A stretch of 64,000 bases of DNA from contig CAVWLP010000001.1 in assembly GCA_963755915.1 (NCBI GenBank), positions 1 to 64,000 of the forward strand. The letters are read 5' to 3'. Below the pieces are notes generated by a model. The model saw nothing but the letters and a program-made list of their open reading frames with translations, searched no databases and was not told the DNA's origin. The first letter of the stretch is position 1. Each line of letters opens with the position of its first letter. The stretch comes from an uncultured Phycisphaerales bacterium. Lineage in GTDB: Bacteria; Planctomycetota; Phycisphaerae; Tepidisphaerales; Tepidisphaeraceae. The position numbers and the translations under genes are program-made. Below are positions 61,692 through 64,000 of the stretch, piece by piece.

Positions 61692-64000
61692 ATGGGACAA
61701 ATGACATTGCCAACGCTGACAACTACCCAGGACACCGAGCCTGTTTCCCGACTGAGCGAACTCCGGTACGTCGCGCTGGTCATCGTCCTTGGCCTGATCG
61801 GGTCCCTGGTCTCGTGGAGATTCCTCAATCGCACCGCAGTGATTCGGGCAACCCAGCTTGCCAGTGCAGACTACGAGGACGACTTCAGTCACGGCAAAAA
61901 AATAATTGAAGACCAGTTCGACCGGATTTACGACGCCATACGCCTGATCGCGATTGTGCCCGGCGTCAAGAAAATTGACTGCAACACCGCCGATTTTGAC
62001 CAGAACGCGCAAATCGCGGCGGCCGCGATCTACGAAAACCTCGTTAGCGATGTTGGTGTATCCAACATCTTTATCGTTTCCAAGGATTTCACGCCCGGGC
62101 AACTCAACTCGGCGACCGGCCGGCCACAGACGCCCATCATCGCCTTCAGCGGTGGACCCGGTGCCGTCAGCGCCCTCAGCGATTTACGCTCCTCCGGTGA
62201 CTCTTATCGCGCCATGTTGCCGCTGTACGAAACCATGGCCGCCCAGATCCAAAGTTTTCGACGCAATTGTCCGGACGCCGGCTCGGTTCGACAAGGGCTT
62301 GCTCCGGCTTTGGCCAGCGACGAAATTGAGTTCGCCCGCACCAACACCGGCGCCGGCGTCCGCGGCATCGTCTACGCCGTACCAATCTACGGCGCCGACG
62401 GGAAATTTGCCGGAATCGTCGCCTGCACCCTCCGGACGTCCGTCATGGCGGGCTGGCTCGACATCCATTTCCTGACCCTCCTGCGGCAGTCCGGATTCCG
62501 CACCATGTTCGCCGACGATTCCGCCCCGCCGCCCAATGAACAATTCGGTTATACCCAGTCAGACAGCGTCTTTATCGTCGACATGGCGCCCTGGAGACTC
62601 GACATTTCCGTCCCCGCCGACGTCTTCTATAAGGGCGACGATTTCGGCTGGGTCGCCGCACAATCCCGATTCATATTGGGATTTGGAAGCATCCTGACTA
62701 TCGCCTTCGCCGCCGTGGCGTGGACGCTTTCCAAAAGCCGCCACAGGGCGCTGGCCCTCGCCAAGTCGATGACCGCCTCGCTCAACCTCGCCAAGGAGGC
62801 CGCGGAATCCGCCAGTCACGCAAAAAGCGAGTTTCTCGCGCGCATGAGCCACGAAATTCGCACTCCCCTCAACGGCGTCGTCGGAATGATCGACCTGCTG
62901 GGAGAAACAGAACTCGCATCCAACCAACGGCGTTACACCGATTCCGCGCGCACCGCCGCCGCGAATCTCCTCTCCGTCATCAATGACATCCTCGATTTCT
63001 CGAAAATCGAAGCCGGCAAAGTAGAAATTGAGGCTATCGAATTCGACCTCCACCGCGTCGTCGAGGACCTGATCGAACTCCTCGCACCTATCGCAGCAAA
63101 GAAACATCTCGCCCTCGGTTGCCTTCTTCCCGACAACATTCCACACCGCATGGTCGGAGATCCGATCCGCATCGGCCAGGTCCTCACCAATCTCGTCGGC
63201 AACGCGATCAAATTCACCGCACGGGGTTCGGTCAGCGTTCGCGTCGAGCTCGCCGCTCAGATCGGGCCTCGCCGCACCATCCGCGTCAATGTTGAGGACA
63301 CCGGCATTGGCATTCCCCAGAGCCGAATGGACAGGCTCTTCAAGGGTTTCTCACAAGTCGATACGTCAACCACCCGCAAATTCGGCGGAACCGGCCTCGG
63401 ACTGGCGATCTGCAAACGATTGGTTGAGCTGATGGGAGGAGAAATCGGCGTTCACAGCCAGGAGGGCCGCGGGGCCACCTTCTGGTTCAGCATGGACCTG
63501 CCCGCTGTCGACGTCGCCGCCGACTCCGGTTGCCGGCCCGGGAGCCAGATTCGCGTCCTCGCCCTGGAACCCGATCCGGCGTACCGCGCAATCCTTCAAA
63601 AGCAGTTGGAACAACGTTTTTCCTCGGTAACAATCGTAGCCGATACCCAAAGCGCGCTCTGCGGCGCTCAAGCGCGGCGCCGCCGCGGGCTCTACGTTTG
63701 AAGTCGCCCTTCTCCCCCATCAGAGTGATGAATTTCGCCCGCTGGTCCAGGCGATCAAGTCTGACCCCCGGCTCCAGACGACCAAGCTGCTCGCCATCCT
63801 CGACATCGACGACCGCACCGAACTTGAAATGTTACGCGGACTGGGGTTTTCGGCCCGTTTGCACCGGCCTCTCACCCAATCTCGTCTCCTCGACGCCATC
63901 TGCTCACTGGTCGAGCCCCGCGAAGGCTGCCCGGATCCCTCCGCCGTCCCCGCCCAGCACCCGCGAAAACTGCATTTCCTGGTTGCCGAAGACAACGAGA
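61692..64000 (+). CDS. Hybrid membrane sensor histidine kinase/receiver (frameshift near 63660; runs off right edge)
   Basis: Two TM helices around a periplasmic domain, [31 protein letters not shown], a degenerate REC, then FLVAEDNE at the window end. Confidence 0.9.

Overview
GC-rich bacterial chromosomal DNA, most likely from a planctomycete of the Phycisphaerae/Tepidisphaera type. This is inferred from a DUF1559 prepilin-like gene, PEP-CTERM proteins, a LEPR-XLL-type protein and membrane-tethered ECF sigma factors. At least 15 otherwise intact genes are broken by single-base frameshifts, probably long-read assembly errors, so many calls join ORF pieces. From left to right: a porin with a sigma54 promoter; an AraC-linked oxidoreductase/epimerase/GH88/SDR sugar-acid operon; a LEPR-XLL surface protein; a TpsB/TpsA two-partner secretion pair; a 162-bp MITE; a GH28-like enzyme; an IS4 element; two ECF sigma factors; a catalase-related peroxidase/cytochrome b module between ~160-bp direct repeats; a ~17 kb glycan-utilisation locus; DUF2062 and PagL-like genes; and a two-component cluster running off the right end. 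The best novel signal is the 37-54.6 kb locus. Five copies of one LacI-type palindrome (GTAANCGNTTAC) sit next to sigma70 promoters and tie GH52, GH44, GH10 and an ABC importer to two PEP-CTERM proteins and a DUF1559 pseudopilin plus a small partner. This looks like a SusC/SusD-free, pilin/PEP-CTERM-based polysaccharide utilisation system. A candidate CsrA-binding structured RNA at 56.06-56.36 kb and nested hairpin repeats are also notable. No rRNA, tRNA or CRISPR array was seen. All family assignments come from motif recognition by eye, not database searches.
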